DNA of 64,000 nucleotides, from NCBI GenBank assembly GCA_039814715.1, contig JBCCAR010000001.1, forward strand, positions 11,692-75,691. The letters are read 5' to 3'. Under the pieces are notes generated by a model. That model searched no databases. It was not told the DNA's origin and saw only the letters and a list, made by a program, of their open reading frames with translations. Numbering within the stretch: the first letter of the stretch is position 1; the number at the start of each line of letters is the position of its first letter. Below are positions 55,211 to 64,000 of the stretch, piece after piece. The stretch is from Pseudomonadota bacterium (lineage in GTDB: Bacteria > Pseudomonadota > Alphaproteobacteria > Sphingomonadales > CAKZYD01). A program made the position numbers and the translations under genes.

Positions 55211-58200
55211 TTAGGCACTTTCAGTCATATCGTCGGGGCAACCCTCGTCTTCTTCTTCAGCTTTATCGGCATAGGCACCGAAGAGCATGCGGATGAGGAC
55301 GTAGAAGACTGGCGTGAATAACAATCCAAATACGGTGACCCCGAGCATGCCAAAGAACACAGAAGTCCCAAGAGCTTGCCGCATTTCTGCGCCAGCGCCG
55401 CTCGCCAGCATGAGCGGGATCACCCCTAGAATAAAGGCTAAAGACGTCATGATAATTGGCCTTAATCTTAACGATGCGGCTTCTACGGCGGCGTCCACAT
55501 AATTTGCGCCTTGCTCTTCACGCTGCTTGGCGAATTCTACAATCAAAATAGCATTTTTCGCGGCTAGTGAGATGAGCACCACAAAGCCGATCTGACTGAG
55601 AATGTTGTTGTCCATACCGCGCAGCCATATGCCTGAAATCGCAGACAGGAGGCACATCGGTACAATGAGGATCACTGCCAGCGGAATAGCCCAACTTTCA
55701 TAGTTTGCCGCGAGCACCAGGAAGACGAATAACACCGAAAGAGCAAACACAAAGACAGCCGTATTGCCCTGCTGAGACTGTTGATAGGCCAGTTCCGTCC
55801 ATTCAAAATCAAAGCCTTGAGGCAAAATCTCATCAGCCAAACCCGCCATCACCGCAAGCGCTTCACCAGACGACACGCCCGGCGCACCGTTGCCATTGAT
55901 CTCCGCTGCAGGGAATAGATTATAGCGCGGATAGCGATCAGGGCCGATAACGTCTTTAAAGGTCACGAGCGAACCTAGCGGAACAATCGCGCCGTCGCTG
56001 GAGCGGGTGCGCAGATGCGTAATGTCCGTTAAATCATTCCGGAATTGGCTGTCGGCTTGCGCTGTCACGCGGTAGGTGCGCCCAAACAGGTTAAAGTCGT
56101 TCACATAAACGGAGCCAAGATACACCTCCAAGGCACTGAAGACGTTTTGAACGGGCACCTGCAAAATCTCAGCCCTGGTGCGATCTACATCTGCGAACAC
56201 TTGCGGCGTACGCGCTTCAAAAGGACTAAACATCCCGACCAAGTTTGGATTTTGGTTTGCAGCGGCTACCAAGCTTTGCGTCGCAGCCTCCAAGGCGCTA
56301 CTGCCCTGCCCAGAGCGGTCTTGTACCATCATCCTGAAGCCGCCAGCTGTGCCCAGTCCTGGTATGGGCGGTGGGGAAAGGACAATCGTAAAAGCTTCTT
56401 CAAGCCCCCCGCCAAGTTTGCCTTGAAGCTCGCGCTGAATTTCCCCTGCACTGCGGTTTCGCTTGTTAAAACGAGATAAACCGACGAACGTAACACCAGC
56501 ATTGCTTGCGATCGTGCGCGTTGCACCAGAAAATCCAGCAAATGAGACAGCATACTCCGCGCCCTCAACGCCCGAAATAATCGTTTCCCCGCGGCCAATA
56601 ACACTGTCTGTTCGCGAGAGAGACGCCCCTGGCGGAAGCTGATAGGCAACAATGAGATATCCCTGGTCTTGCTGCGGCACGAAGCCAGAAGGCACCCGTG
56701 TAAACATGAAGGCCGCGAGAGCGATCATGCCCGCATATATCGCCATACAAAGCCATGGATGGGCTGTCATGGAGCGAACCAGGGATGAATAGCCGCCGTT
56801 GGCTGTTTCAAAACTCGCGTTAAAGCGCCCAAAAAACCGTCCAATAAAACGGCCCAGATGACTTCTTTGTACAAGCCCTTCTTGCTGGCGCTTGAGCAAA
56901 ATAGCGCTGAGTGCTGGCGACAATGTGAAGGAGTTAAACAGCGAAATCGCTGTAGCAGTGGCGATTGTAACGGCAAATTGGCGATAAAACTGGCCAGTTA
57001 TACCTTCTAAAAATGCGGCTGGGACAAAAACGGCGAAGAGCACAAGCGTTGTCGAGACCAAGGCTCCACCAACCTCGGTCATCGTGCGTTTAACAGCTGC
57101 TTTGGGAGAACAGCCTGAGCGCAAATTACGCTCGACATTCTCCACCACGACAATGGCATCATCAACGACGATCCCAATCGCAAGAACCAAGCCAAATAAC
57201 GTTAAGTTATTGAGTGAAAACCCAAGCGCGGACATGACAGCGAAGGTGCCGATGAGCGAGATCGGGATCGTTAAAATTGGGATAATCGCCGCGCGCCAGG
57301 TTTGCAAAAACAAAATGATCACGATGATAACCAGAAGAACCGCTTCTATGATGGTTTGAAAAACGGCATCGACGGATTGCTGAATAAACTGCGTAGGATT
57401 ATAGGCGACGTCAAATGCCAATCCGCTTGGAAAATCCTGCGAAAGGTCTTCCATTGTGCTCAAAATTTGCGCCGCGGTTTGGAGGGCATTCGCACCTGGC
57501 CGCTGGCTCATGACCAACGCGACGGCTGTTTGTCCATTGAGGTAGCTATTGGACGAATAATCATTGGCCCCAAGCTCGACGCGTGCCACGTCTGACAATC
57601 GCGTATAGCGGCCATCTTCCCCTTGGCGCACAATGATATTGCCGAATTCGCTTGGTTCGCTCAGGCGCCCTTGCAGCATAATACTCGTTTGAAAGGCGCG
57701 GTTTGTATCGAGCGGCGGAGCGCCCAATGCGCCGCCGGCAACCTGCACGTTTTGCGCGCGCAGAGCCGCAACGACCTCTTCCGGCGTCATACCGATTGAA
57801 GAAACCTTGTCAGGGTCTAGCCACACGCGCATGGCATATTCGCGCGCGCCGAAGACCTGAATATCGCCAACACCGGGAATGCGCGCGAGCTGATCACGCA
57901 CTTGCAGCAGCGCATAATTGGTAATGTAGATTTGATCCCTGGAGCTATCAGGCGATAGCATGTGCACCACCATCATGATGTCCGGAGAGACTTTGCGCGT
58001 GACGATACCTTGGCGGCGAACCGCCTCAGGCAAGCGCGGCTCTGCAATCGCCACTCTGTTTTGCACCAGGACCTGGGCCTGGTCTAAATCCGTCCCGACC
58101 TCAAAGGTGAGCGTGAGGGTCATTTGGCCATTGGAAGTGGACTGGGAGTACATATAAAGCATCCCCTCAACACCATTAATCTCCTGCTCTAACGGCGCGG

Positions 58201-58390
58201 CAACAGTATTTGCGAGCACTTCAGAAGAGGCGCCAGGATAAGTCGCTGAGACGGAGATTGTTGGTGGAGCGACTTCAGGATATTGCGCAACCGGCAATCC
58301 AAAGTAGGCCAATAGCCCAACAATAATGACAAAGATCGACAGCACAGTTGCGTAAACCGGTCGGTCGGTAAAAAAATGACCAATCTGCAT
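55211..58390 (-). CDS. RND efflux transporter permease (AcrB/MexB-type, HAE1 family)
   Basis: 1059 aa with a 12-TM RND pattern: FFTDRPVYATVLSIFVIIVGL, GIVVDDAIVVVENVER, and a duplicated TM/periplasmic-loop architecture. Confidence 0.95.
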   Translation of the reverse strand: MQIGHFFTDRPVYATVLSIFVIIVGLLAYFGLPVAQYPEVAPPTISVSATYPGASSEVLANTVAAPLEQEINGVEGMLYMYSQSTSNGQMTLTLTFEVGTDLDQAQVLVQNRVAIAEPRLPEAVRRQGIVTRKVSPDIMMVVHMLSPDSSRDQIYITNYALLQVRDQLARIPGVGDIQVFGAREYAMRVWLDPDKVSSIGMTPEEVVAALRAQNVQVAGGALGAPPLDTNRAFQTSIMLQGRLSEPSEFGNIIVRQGEDGRYTRLSDVARVELGANDYSSNSYLNGQTAVALVMSQRPGANALQTAAQILSTMEDLSQDFPSGLAFDVAYNPTQFIQQSVDAVFQTIIEAVLLVIIVIILFLQTWRAAIIPILTIPISLIGTFAVMSALGFSLNNLTLFGLVLAIGIVVDDAIVVVENVERNLRSGCSPKAAVKRTMTEVGGALVSTTLVLFAVFVPAAFLEGITGQFYRQFAVTIATATAISLFNSFTLSPALSAILLKRQQEGLVQRSHLGRFIGRFFGRFNASFETANGGYSSLVRSMTAHPWLCMAIYAGMIALAAFMFTRVPSGFVPQQDQGYLIVAYQLPPGASLSRTDSVIGRGETIISGVEGAEYAVSFAGFSGATRTIASNAGVTFVGLSRFNKRNRSAGEIQRELQGKLGGGLEEAFTIVLSPPPIPGLGTAGGFRMMVQDRSGQGSSALEAATQSLVAAANQNPNLVGMFSPFEARTPQVFADVDRTRAEILQVPVQNVFSALEVYLGSVYVNDFNLFGRTYRVTAQADSQFRNDLTDITHLRTRSSDGAIVPLGSLVTFKDVIGPDRYPRYNLFPAAEINGNGAPGVSSGEALAVMAGLADEILPQGFDFEWTELAYQQSQQGNTAVFVFALSVLFVFLVLAANYESWAIPLAVILIVPMCLLSAISGIWLRGMDNNILSQIGFVVLISLAAKNAILIVEFAKQREEQGANYVDAAVEAASLRLRPIIMTSLAFILGVIPLMLASGAGAEMRQALGTSVFFGMLGVTVFGLLFTPVFYVLIRMLFGAYADKAEEEDEGCPDDMTESA

Positions 58391-58408
58391 CTTAAGACCC
58401 CCTATGCT

Positions 58409-59581
58409 CTAGCGCGCTTGCGGGCCGGCGGGCATTTGCGGATACGACACTTCAACTGGTTTAGGCGTTACTTTTGATCCAGGCCGCGCACGCAGCAGAC
58501 CATTAACGATGACCTTGTCGCCAGGCTCTAGGCCGCTTCGAACGATCCGCAGCCCTTTGTACATCTGCCCGATCTCAATGCGCTTTGGCTGGGCGATGTT
58601 CTCAGCGTTGACGACCATAACATAGCGAGACGTCTGGTCAGTGCCGATCGCCGCATCCGGCAGCAGCAAAGCGCTGACGTCCGAGCGGCCACGAAGGCGC
58701 AGACGGCCAAACATACCGGGTATGAAAACCTGCTTGGAATTTTCAAATATCGCGCGGCCGCGCACCGTGCCGGTTTGTTGATCAATGACGTTGCCTACGA
58801 AATCCATTTTTCCGCTATGGGGAAAGCCTGTTTCTGTGATCAACTCAAGTTCAACCGGGTTTGGCGCAACCCGGCTGCTGGGGCGCTCACCATCTCTCGC
58901 CTGTTCAGCATAGTTCAAATATGCCGCCTCATTCGCATCAAAATAGAAATGAATGGGGTCTAGCGAGACAACCGTTGTTAACAACGTCCCATTTGCGCCA
59001 GCGGTAATTAAGTTGCCGACGCTTGGCAGGTGTCTGTCAATACGGCCGGAAATAGGGCTGCGAATCTGCGTATAGCTCAGATTAAGCTCCGCCGTTTCAA
59101 CCGCGGCAATGCCGGCTGCAACGCTTGCCTCAGCAGCGCGTTTTGCCTCCACACGTTCATCAACCGCCTGTTCTGATATATTGTTGCGTTTAAATAGGTT
59201 TTGCGCCCGTTTCAGATCACTGGTCGCAAAGACCAGCCGTGCCCGCGCTTGTTCCAGATCCGCCTTAGCCGCGTTGAGCGCCAACTCATAAGGCTTGGGA
59301 TCGATCACAAATAGAACCTGATCCTTTTCCACCATTTGGCCGTCGGTAAAGCCAAGGGATTGCACCTCGCCAGACACACGCGAGCGAATCTCAATTTGAT
59401 TAACCGCCGCAAACCGCCCAACGAATTCATCCCACTCGGTGACTTTATCTTGAAGAGCGGAAGCCACACTCACGGGTGGCGGGCCACCCATAGGTGCGCC
59501 AGGGGCGCTTGTTTGCTCACAGGACGCAGAAAACAGGCTAACAGCAAAACACAGCAAACTGCCCAATCGATTTAAAATCAT
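58409..59581 (-). CDS. RND efflux periplasmic adaptor (membrane fusion protein)
   Basis: Lipoprotein-like signal ending FSASC, a coiled-coil hairpin (LEQARARLVFATSDLKRAQNL) and a barrel-sandwich/beta-barrel region. It ends 18 nt upstream of the RND permease gene (19 nt stop to start). Confidence 0.9.
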   Translation of the reverse strand: MILNRLGSLLCFAVSLFSASCEQTSAPGAPMGGPPPVSVASALQDKVTEWDEFVGRFAAVNQIEIRSRVSGEVQSLGFTDGQMVEKDQVLFVIDPKPYELALNAAKADLEQARARLVFATSDLKRAQNLFKRNNISEQAVDERVEAKRAAEASVAAGIAAVETAELNLSYTQIRSPISGRIDRHLPSVGNLITAGANGTLLTTVVSLDPIHFYFDANEAAYLNYAEQARDGERPSSRVAPNPVELELITETGFPHSGKMDFVGNVIDQQTGTVRGRAIFENSKQVFIPGMFGRLRLRGRSDVSALLLPDAAIGTDQTSRYVMVVNAENIAQPKRIEIGQMYKGLRIVRSGLEPGDKVIVNGLLRARPGSKVTPKPVEVSYPQMPAGPQAR

Positions 59582-59683
59582 AGCGAGACCCCTAAGCATC
59601 GACTCTAGTACGATGAGCATAGGAAGAAGCAGGCCGAGGTGAAATGCTAAAGGTGAGACGTAAGGACAATTTTTCGGCAGCGT

Positions 59684-60403
59684 TTAAGGCGTGTTTTTGG
59701 GCCTAAGAAGCTGTTTTACGATCCCGCGCAAGGTTTGAACCTCCTGGCCGCTAAAACCTGCGCGTTCTAAAATGTTGCGCAAGGTCCGGCGCATCAGGTC
59801 TGCGCGGTTCTCCGGATAGAAATAGCTACGCTCTTCGAGCGCGGTTTCGAGCTGCCCATAGAGCCCGTCTAGCTCCACTTTTTTCGCAGGAAGCAATAGG
59901 TTTTCTTGTGTCTTGGGTAGCGGCATTTGGCTGTATTCATAGGCCATCAAAATGACGGCTTGGGCCAAGTTGAGGGAGCCGAAGTCTGGATTGACCGGCA
60001 CGGTTACGATCGCATCAGATTGGGCGACTTCGTCATTGTCCAGGCCGCTTCGCTCTGGCCCAAAAATAAACCCGGCGCGCCCGCCTTGTGCCTCAAATGC
60101 CCGGGTTTTTTCTGCAGCGACTTTCGGGGTCAAAACTTCTTTGATCATTCCGCGCGGGCGGACAGTGGTTGTATACGTGACTTCGCAGTCCGCTACCGCC
60201 TCGCTGAGTGTGTCATAAACCCGCGCTAGATCGAGCACGATATCAGCGCCGGAGGCGGTGGGACCTGCGTCTGGATTAGGCCAACCATCACGCGGCGCAA
60301 CAAGGCGCAAATCCGTCAGACCGAAATTGAGCATGGCCCGGGCCGCTTTACCGATATTCTCCCCAAGCTGAGGGCGCACCAGGATAATCGCTGGCTGGCT
60401 CAT
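59684..60403 (-). CDS. SpoU/TrmH-class RNA 2'-O-methyltransferase (TrmJ-like)
   Basis: IILVRPQLGENIGKAARAMLNFG...FIFGPERSGLDNDEV...VTVPVNPDFGSLNLAQAV. Start at ATG 60403, 1 nt after the gltX stop; the ORF-track extension is discarded. Confidence 0.8.
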   Translation of the reverse strand: MSQPAIILVRPQLGENIGKAARAMLNFGLTDLRLVAPRDGWPNPDAGPTASGADIVLDLARVYDTLSEAVADCEVTYTTTVRPRGMIKEVLTPKVAAEKTRAFEAQGGRAGFIFGPERSGLDNDEVAQSDAIVTVPVNPDFGSLNLAQAVILMAYEYSQMPLPKTQENLLLPAKKVELDGLYGQLETALEERSYFYPENRADLMRRTLRNILERAGFSGQEVQTLRGIVKQLLRPKNTP

Positions 60404-60404
60404 C

Positions 60405-61739
60405 CTAGGCTGGTTCGCCTGCCAGACGCTTTTCAACTTTCTCGCGGCCAATGAGCGGCAAGAGTTCCGCAAGCTCCGGTCCGTGGCGTTCCCCAGTGAG
60501 CGCAAGACGCAGCGGCATGAACAGGTTCTTGCCCTTGGCTCCTGTTTCGCTTTTGATCGCACTGACCCACTCAGACCAAGTCTCCCTGCCCCATTCGCCG
60601 CCAGGCAAGCACGCGCGCGCAGCTGGAACGACGGGCGTGTCTTCAATCACGGGCATAATCGGCCCCGTGATCAGTTTGGCCAGCGCAGCAAGATCAGACA
60701 GCTTATCCAAATTGGGCTGGAGAGCATGCCAAGCTTCCGCGTTAAGGGTTCTGGGAACCCGGTCCTTCACCGCATCAAAAGGCAGTGCATGGAGTATCTT
60801 AGCATTGAGCGTTGAGAGCTCATCTTCAGAAAATTTGGCCGCCGCGCGCCCAAAACGGCCAAAATCAAGACTATCGGCTAAGACTTGAAGCTCGACTATG
60901 GGTTCAACCGGATCGGCTGTGCCAAGCCGGGCTAAGAGGGCATTGATTGCCATGGCCTCATAGCCATCCGCGCGGTAATCGCGGATTGACTTGGCGCCGT
61001 GGCGTTTTGAAAGCCCTGACCCGTCGGCCGCTGTAATAAGTGCTGTGTGCGCGAAGGCGGGTGCTTTTGCGCCCAAAGCTTCGAACATCTGCACTTGCAC
61101 AGCAGAATTGGTGACGTGATCTTCGCCTCGGACGACATGGGTGATGCCCATGTCGATATCATCGATCACACTGGGCAGCATATACAAAAAGCTACCATCC
61201 TCGCGGATCACCACCGGATCAGACAAAGCGCTCATATCAAAGCCGGCCTCGCCGCGCACCAAGTCTTCGAACTCAACGCGCTGGCTCTCATTGAGCTTAA
61301 AGCGCCAATGCGGGCTGCGCCCTTCAGCTTCGTAGTCTGCTTTTTCTTTATCGCTCAGCGCCAGGGCCGCGCGATCATAGATTGGCGGCTGTTTGCGCGC
61401 GAGCTGCATTTTGCGCTTAAAATCGAGCTCCTGCGATGTTTCATAACAGGCATAGAGGCGGCCCTGTGCCCGCAGGGTATCGGCGACCTCTTGATAGCGC
61501 GTGATTTTATCCGACTGACGTACTTCCTCGCTATAGTACAAACCCAGCCAAGCCAAATCCTCGCGAATGGCCTCGGCATATTCCTGCGTCGAGCGCACCA
61601 TGTCCGTATCATCCAGACGCAGCAGAAATTGGCCGCCTTCACGCATGGCAAAGAGAGCATTGTGGATCGCTGTCCGGACATTCCCCACATGGAGAAAGCC
61701 TGTAGGGCTGGGCGCAAACCGTGTTTTCACTTCACTCAT
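60405..61739 (-). CDS. gltX: glutamate--tRNA ligase (short form, 444 aa)
   Basis: RFAPSPTGFLHVGN (HIGH region), VRGEDHVTNS, and a KMSKS-like GLSKRHG. Confidence 0.95.
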   Translation of the reverse strand: MSEVKTRFAPSPTGFLHVGNVRTAIHNALFAMREGGQFLLRLDDTDMVRSTQEYAEAIREDLAWLGLYYSEEVRQSDKITRYQEVADTLRAQGRLYACYETSQELDFKRKMQLARKQPPIYDRAALALSDKEKADYEAEGRSPHWRFKLNESQRVEFEDLVRGEAGFDMSALSDPVVIREDGSFLYMLPSVIDDIDMGITHVVRGEDHVTNSAVQVQMFEALGAKAPAFAHTALITAADGSGLSKRHGAKSIRDYRADGYEAMAINALLARLGTADPVEPIVELQVLADSLDFGRFGRAAAKFSEDELSTLNAKILHALPFDAVKDRVPRTLNAEAWHALQPNLDKLSDLAALAKLITGPIMPVIEDTPVVPAARACLPGGEWGRETWSEWVSAIKSETGAKGKNLFMPLRLALTGERHGPELAELLPLIGREKVEKRLAGEPA

Positions 61740-63433
61740 TCGGCGGTGTCCTTCGGATCAAATGATAGGGGGCCATGGCCATCGCGAAAGCCATTTGTAA
61801 TCGGATAACGCCGATCGCGGCCGAATGCCTTGCTAGAAATCTTCACTCCGGGCGGGGCTTGCCGGCGCTTATATTCCGCAATCAACAACAAGTGTTCAAT
61901 GCGCCGCACAGTCTCTGGCGCATGGCCGCGCGCTGCAATTTCTTCCGCCGCCATTTCCTGCTCGACAAGGCAATGGAGAATATCATCGAGCGCCTCATAA
62001 GGCGGTAGACTATCCTCGTCTTTTTGATCATCCCGCAGTTCAGCCGAGGGTGGCTTGGTGATAATCCGCTCAGGGATCACCTCTCCGCTGCGGCCCTTGG
62101 CGTTAAGCGGCACGTTTTCATTGCGCCATTTGCACAGCTCAAACACCGTCAATTTATAGATGTCTTTTAAGACCGAATAGCCGCCGCACATATCGCCATA
62201 CAGCGTCGCATAGCCAACGCTCATTTCAGACTTATTGCCCGTCGTCAGCACCATATTGCCGTGCTTGTTTGAGAGCGCCATCAAGGTGAGCCCGCGGATG
62301 CGCGATTGAATATTTTCTTCAGTTGTATCAGGCTCAAGGCCTTCAAAGCTGGGGGCAAGCATGTCCCCAAAGGCTTCCACAGCCGGTTTAATGGGGATGA
62401 TGTCATAGTCTGCACCGCAAGCCTCAGCACACGCTTTTGCATCTTCCAAACTATGATCAGATGTATAGCGCGAAGGCATCATGACGCAGTGCACTCGCTC
62501 TGGGCCAAGCGCATCGGCGGCAACGACAGCGCTGAGCGCACTATCAATCCCACCGGACATGCCCAAAACGACGCCAGGAAATCGATTCTTTTCAACATAG
62601 TCTCGCAAGCCAAGCATCATCGCTTGATAAATACTGCCCAAATCGCTTTGCTGCGTGCCGTTGATTTGAGAGGTGCAGGCCCAGCCGTCTTTGCCGCGCT
62701 GCCACTGTGTAATGGCCTGCGTTTCCACCCAATCTGGCAGCAAGACTGGCCTTGAGCGGTCCGCATTTAAAACAAAGCTATCCCCATCAAACACCAGCTC
62801 ATCTTGGCCACCCACTTGGTTGACGAAGATGAGCGGCAGGCCAGATTCCGTGACGCGCGCTACAGCATGATTGAGCCGTGCATCTTCTTTGCCGACATCA
62901 TAAGGCGACCCATGAGATGATATGAGAAGTTCAGCGCCCGTTTCCGCTAGGGTTTCTGTCACATCAGAAAACCACATATCTTCACAGGTCATCAGCCCGA
63001 GCCGGACGCCTTTAAAGACGACAGGTCCAGACGGAGCGCCGCTTTCAAACACGCGCTTTTCATCAAAAACGCCGTAATTCGGAAGATGATGCTTATGAAC
63101 AACGCCTTGAACCTGACCATCAGCCAGCAAGCACAAGCTATTGTATAATTTTGAGTTTTCCGTCCAGCAAGTACTGACGATCAGTCCGGTTCCGCTCGCT
63201 GCTGTCCGTGACGCCAAAAAAGCCACTGCGTTCATGGCTTCTTCCTGAAAGGCAGGCTTCAACACCAGGTCTTCGGGCGGATAGCCAATGATGCAAAGCT
63301 CTGGGCAGACTAGCAGGTCCGCGCCATCGGCTTTCGCCTTGTCATAGGCGGCCAAGATGCAGCGCACATTGCCTGCAATGTCGCCCACGGTGACATTCAG
63401 CTGCGCCAATGCGATCTTTAAAGTGTCCGTCAT
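61736..63433 (-). CDS. nadE: glutamine-dependent NAD+ synthase (CN-hydrolase plus NAD synthetase domains)
   Basis: N-terminal nitrilase-like domain (LKIALAQLN...CPEL...CEDMW) and a C-terminal domain with the GMSGGIDSA PP-loop. Start at ATG 63433. Its stop overlaps the gltX start (ATGA). Confidence 0.95.
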   Translation of the reverse strand: MTDTLKIALAQLNVTVGDIAGNVRCILAAYDKAKADGADLLVCPELCIIGYPPEDLVLKPAFQEEAMNAVAFLASRTAASGTGLIVSTCWTENSKLYNSLCLLADGQVQGVVHKHHLPNYGVFDEKRVFESGAPSGPVVFKGVRLGLMTCEDMWFSDVTETLAETGAELLISSHGSPYDVGKEDARLNHAVARVTESGLPLIFVNQVGGQDELVFDGDSFVLNADRSRPVLLPDWVETQAITQWQRGKDGWACTSQINGTQQSDLGSIYQAMMLGLRDYVEKNRFPGVVLGMSGGIDSALSAVVAADALGPERVHCVMMPSRYTSDHSLEDAKACAEACGADYDIIPIKPAVEAFGDMLAPSFEGLEPDTTEENIQSRIRGLTLMALSNKHGNMVLTTGNKSEMSVGYATLYGDMCGGYSVLKDIYKLTVFELCKWRNENVPLNAKGRSGEVIPERIITKPPSAELRDDQKDEDSLPPYEALDDILHCLVEQEMAAEEIAARGHAPETVRRIEHLLLIAEYKRRQAPPGVKISSKAFGRDRRYPITNGFRDGHGPLSFDPKDTAE

Positions 63434-63487
63434 CTCCGCGCTTGTAAGCGCGCCCTCGCTAAGAGGCAACCCAGCAAATACCTGAGA

Positions 63488-64000
63488 CTATTCTGCTGCC
63501 AGCGCCCGGCGCTCCTCTGCCAAAGACTCCGCGATCAAGAAGGCCAAATCTAGTGATTGGCTTGCATTGAGGCGTGGATCACAGTGCGTGTGATACCGAT
63601 CTTTCAGTCCATCATCCGTAATGGCCTGTGCGCCGCCGGTACATTCGGTGACGTTTTGGCCCGTCATCTCGCAGTGAATGCCGCCAGCGTGCGTGCCCTC
63701 TGCGCGGTGGATCGCAAAGAAGGACGTCACCTCGCTCAGAATGCGTTCGAAAGGACGGGTTTTAAAGCCGCTGTCGGCCTTGATGGTATTGCCATGCATA
63801 GGGTCGCAAGACCACACGACGGACTTGCCTTCGCGCGCCACCGCTTGAACAAGACCAGGCAAATGCTGATCGACTTTGTCAGCGCCAAAACGGCTGATCA
63901 ATGTCAAGCGGCCAGCGGTATTGCTTGGGTTCAATTGATCGATGAACGTCAGCAAATCATCGGGTTTGGTCGTCGGACCGACTTTCATGGCCACCGGGTT
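63488..64000 (-). CDS. class II 3-deoxy-7-phosphoheptulonate (DAHP) synthase, C-terminal part; the gene continues beyond the window edge
   Basis: ...[10 protein letters not shown]...[24 protein letters not shown]...[10 protein letters not shown] is a class II (plant-like) DAHPS signature. The N-terminus lies outside the window. Confidence 0.9.
   Translation of the reverse strand, partial: NPVAMKVGPTTKPDDLLTFIDQLNPSNTAGRLTLISRFGADKVDQHLPGLVQAVAREGKSVVWSCDPMHGNTIKADSGFKTRPFERILSEVTSFFAIHRAEGTHAGGIHCEMTGQNVTECTGGAQAITDDGLKDRYHTHCDPRLNASQSLDLAFLIAESLAEERRALAAE

Noticed and set aside
61047-61808. 253-aa plus-strand ORF opposite gltX
   Set aside because: It is antisense to an unambiguous GluRS, and its composition (His/Ile/Phe/Arg-rich) is not protein-like.
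1-64000. CRISPR arrays, IS elements, integrases, rRNA/tRNA genes and long direct repeats
   Set aside because: I scanned the intergenic regions and ORF translations and saw none. Long-range repeat detection by eye is weak, so a dot-plot should confirm this.

Overview
The window reads as a 64-kb chromosomal core segment of an alphaproteobacterium, moderately GC-rich by eye. The lineage call rests on a set of signature genes: the DUF1476 F1-ATPase inhibitor zeta next to purC, DUF2155, DUF4170, DUF2336, an aa3 oxidase subunit IV microprotein, TamA/TamB, a long class II RNR and a eukaryote-type NADP-IDH. I support about 60 protein genes. Most are housekeeping: accBC, aroQ, aat, nrdJ, psd-pssA, icd, purCSQL, bolA-grxD, rpsD, gltX, nadE and a class II DAHP synthase. 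I found no rRNA, tRNA, CRISPR array, transposase or integrase. All calls come from reading the ORF translations and the DNA by eye, with no searches or computations, so family names are recollections of motifs and architecture. The observations most worth a second look are these. (1) A CHAD protein, an orphan ParA ATPase and a CYTH enzyme form a cluster that could be a polyphosphate-granule positioning module. (2) A soluble VirD4/TraG-type coupling-protein homologue with degenerate Walker A and B motifs has no T4SS context and lies just downstream of the zeta inhibitor gene. (3) Two sulfotransferase genes are translationally coupled into the purC-S-Q...L operon. (4) A small cI/cro-like divergent switch with ORFan genes lies between nrdJ and tamAB. 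(5) A membrane-anchored histone-H1-like polycationic protein is encoded there too. (6) An Hpt protein, a 1008-aa membrane-anchored coiled-coil protein and a DUF2336 protein are clustered. (7) thiS and thiG are fused in frame with no riboswitch. (8) A 38-aa cytochrome oxidase subunit IV microprotein is missing from the ORF track.
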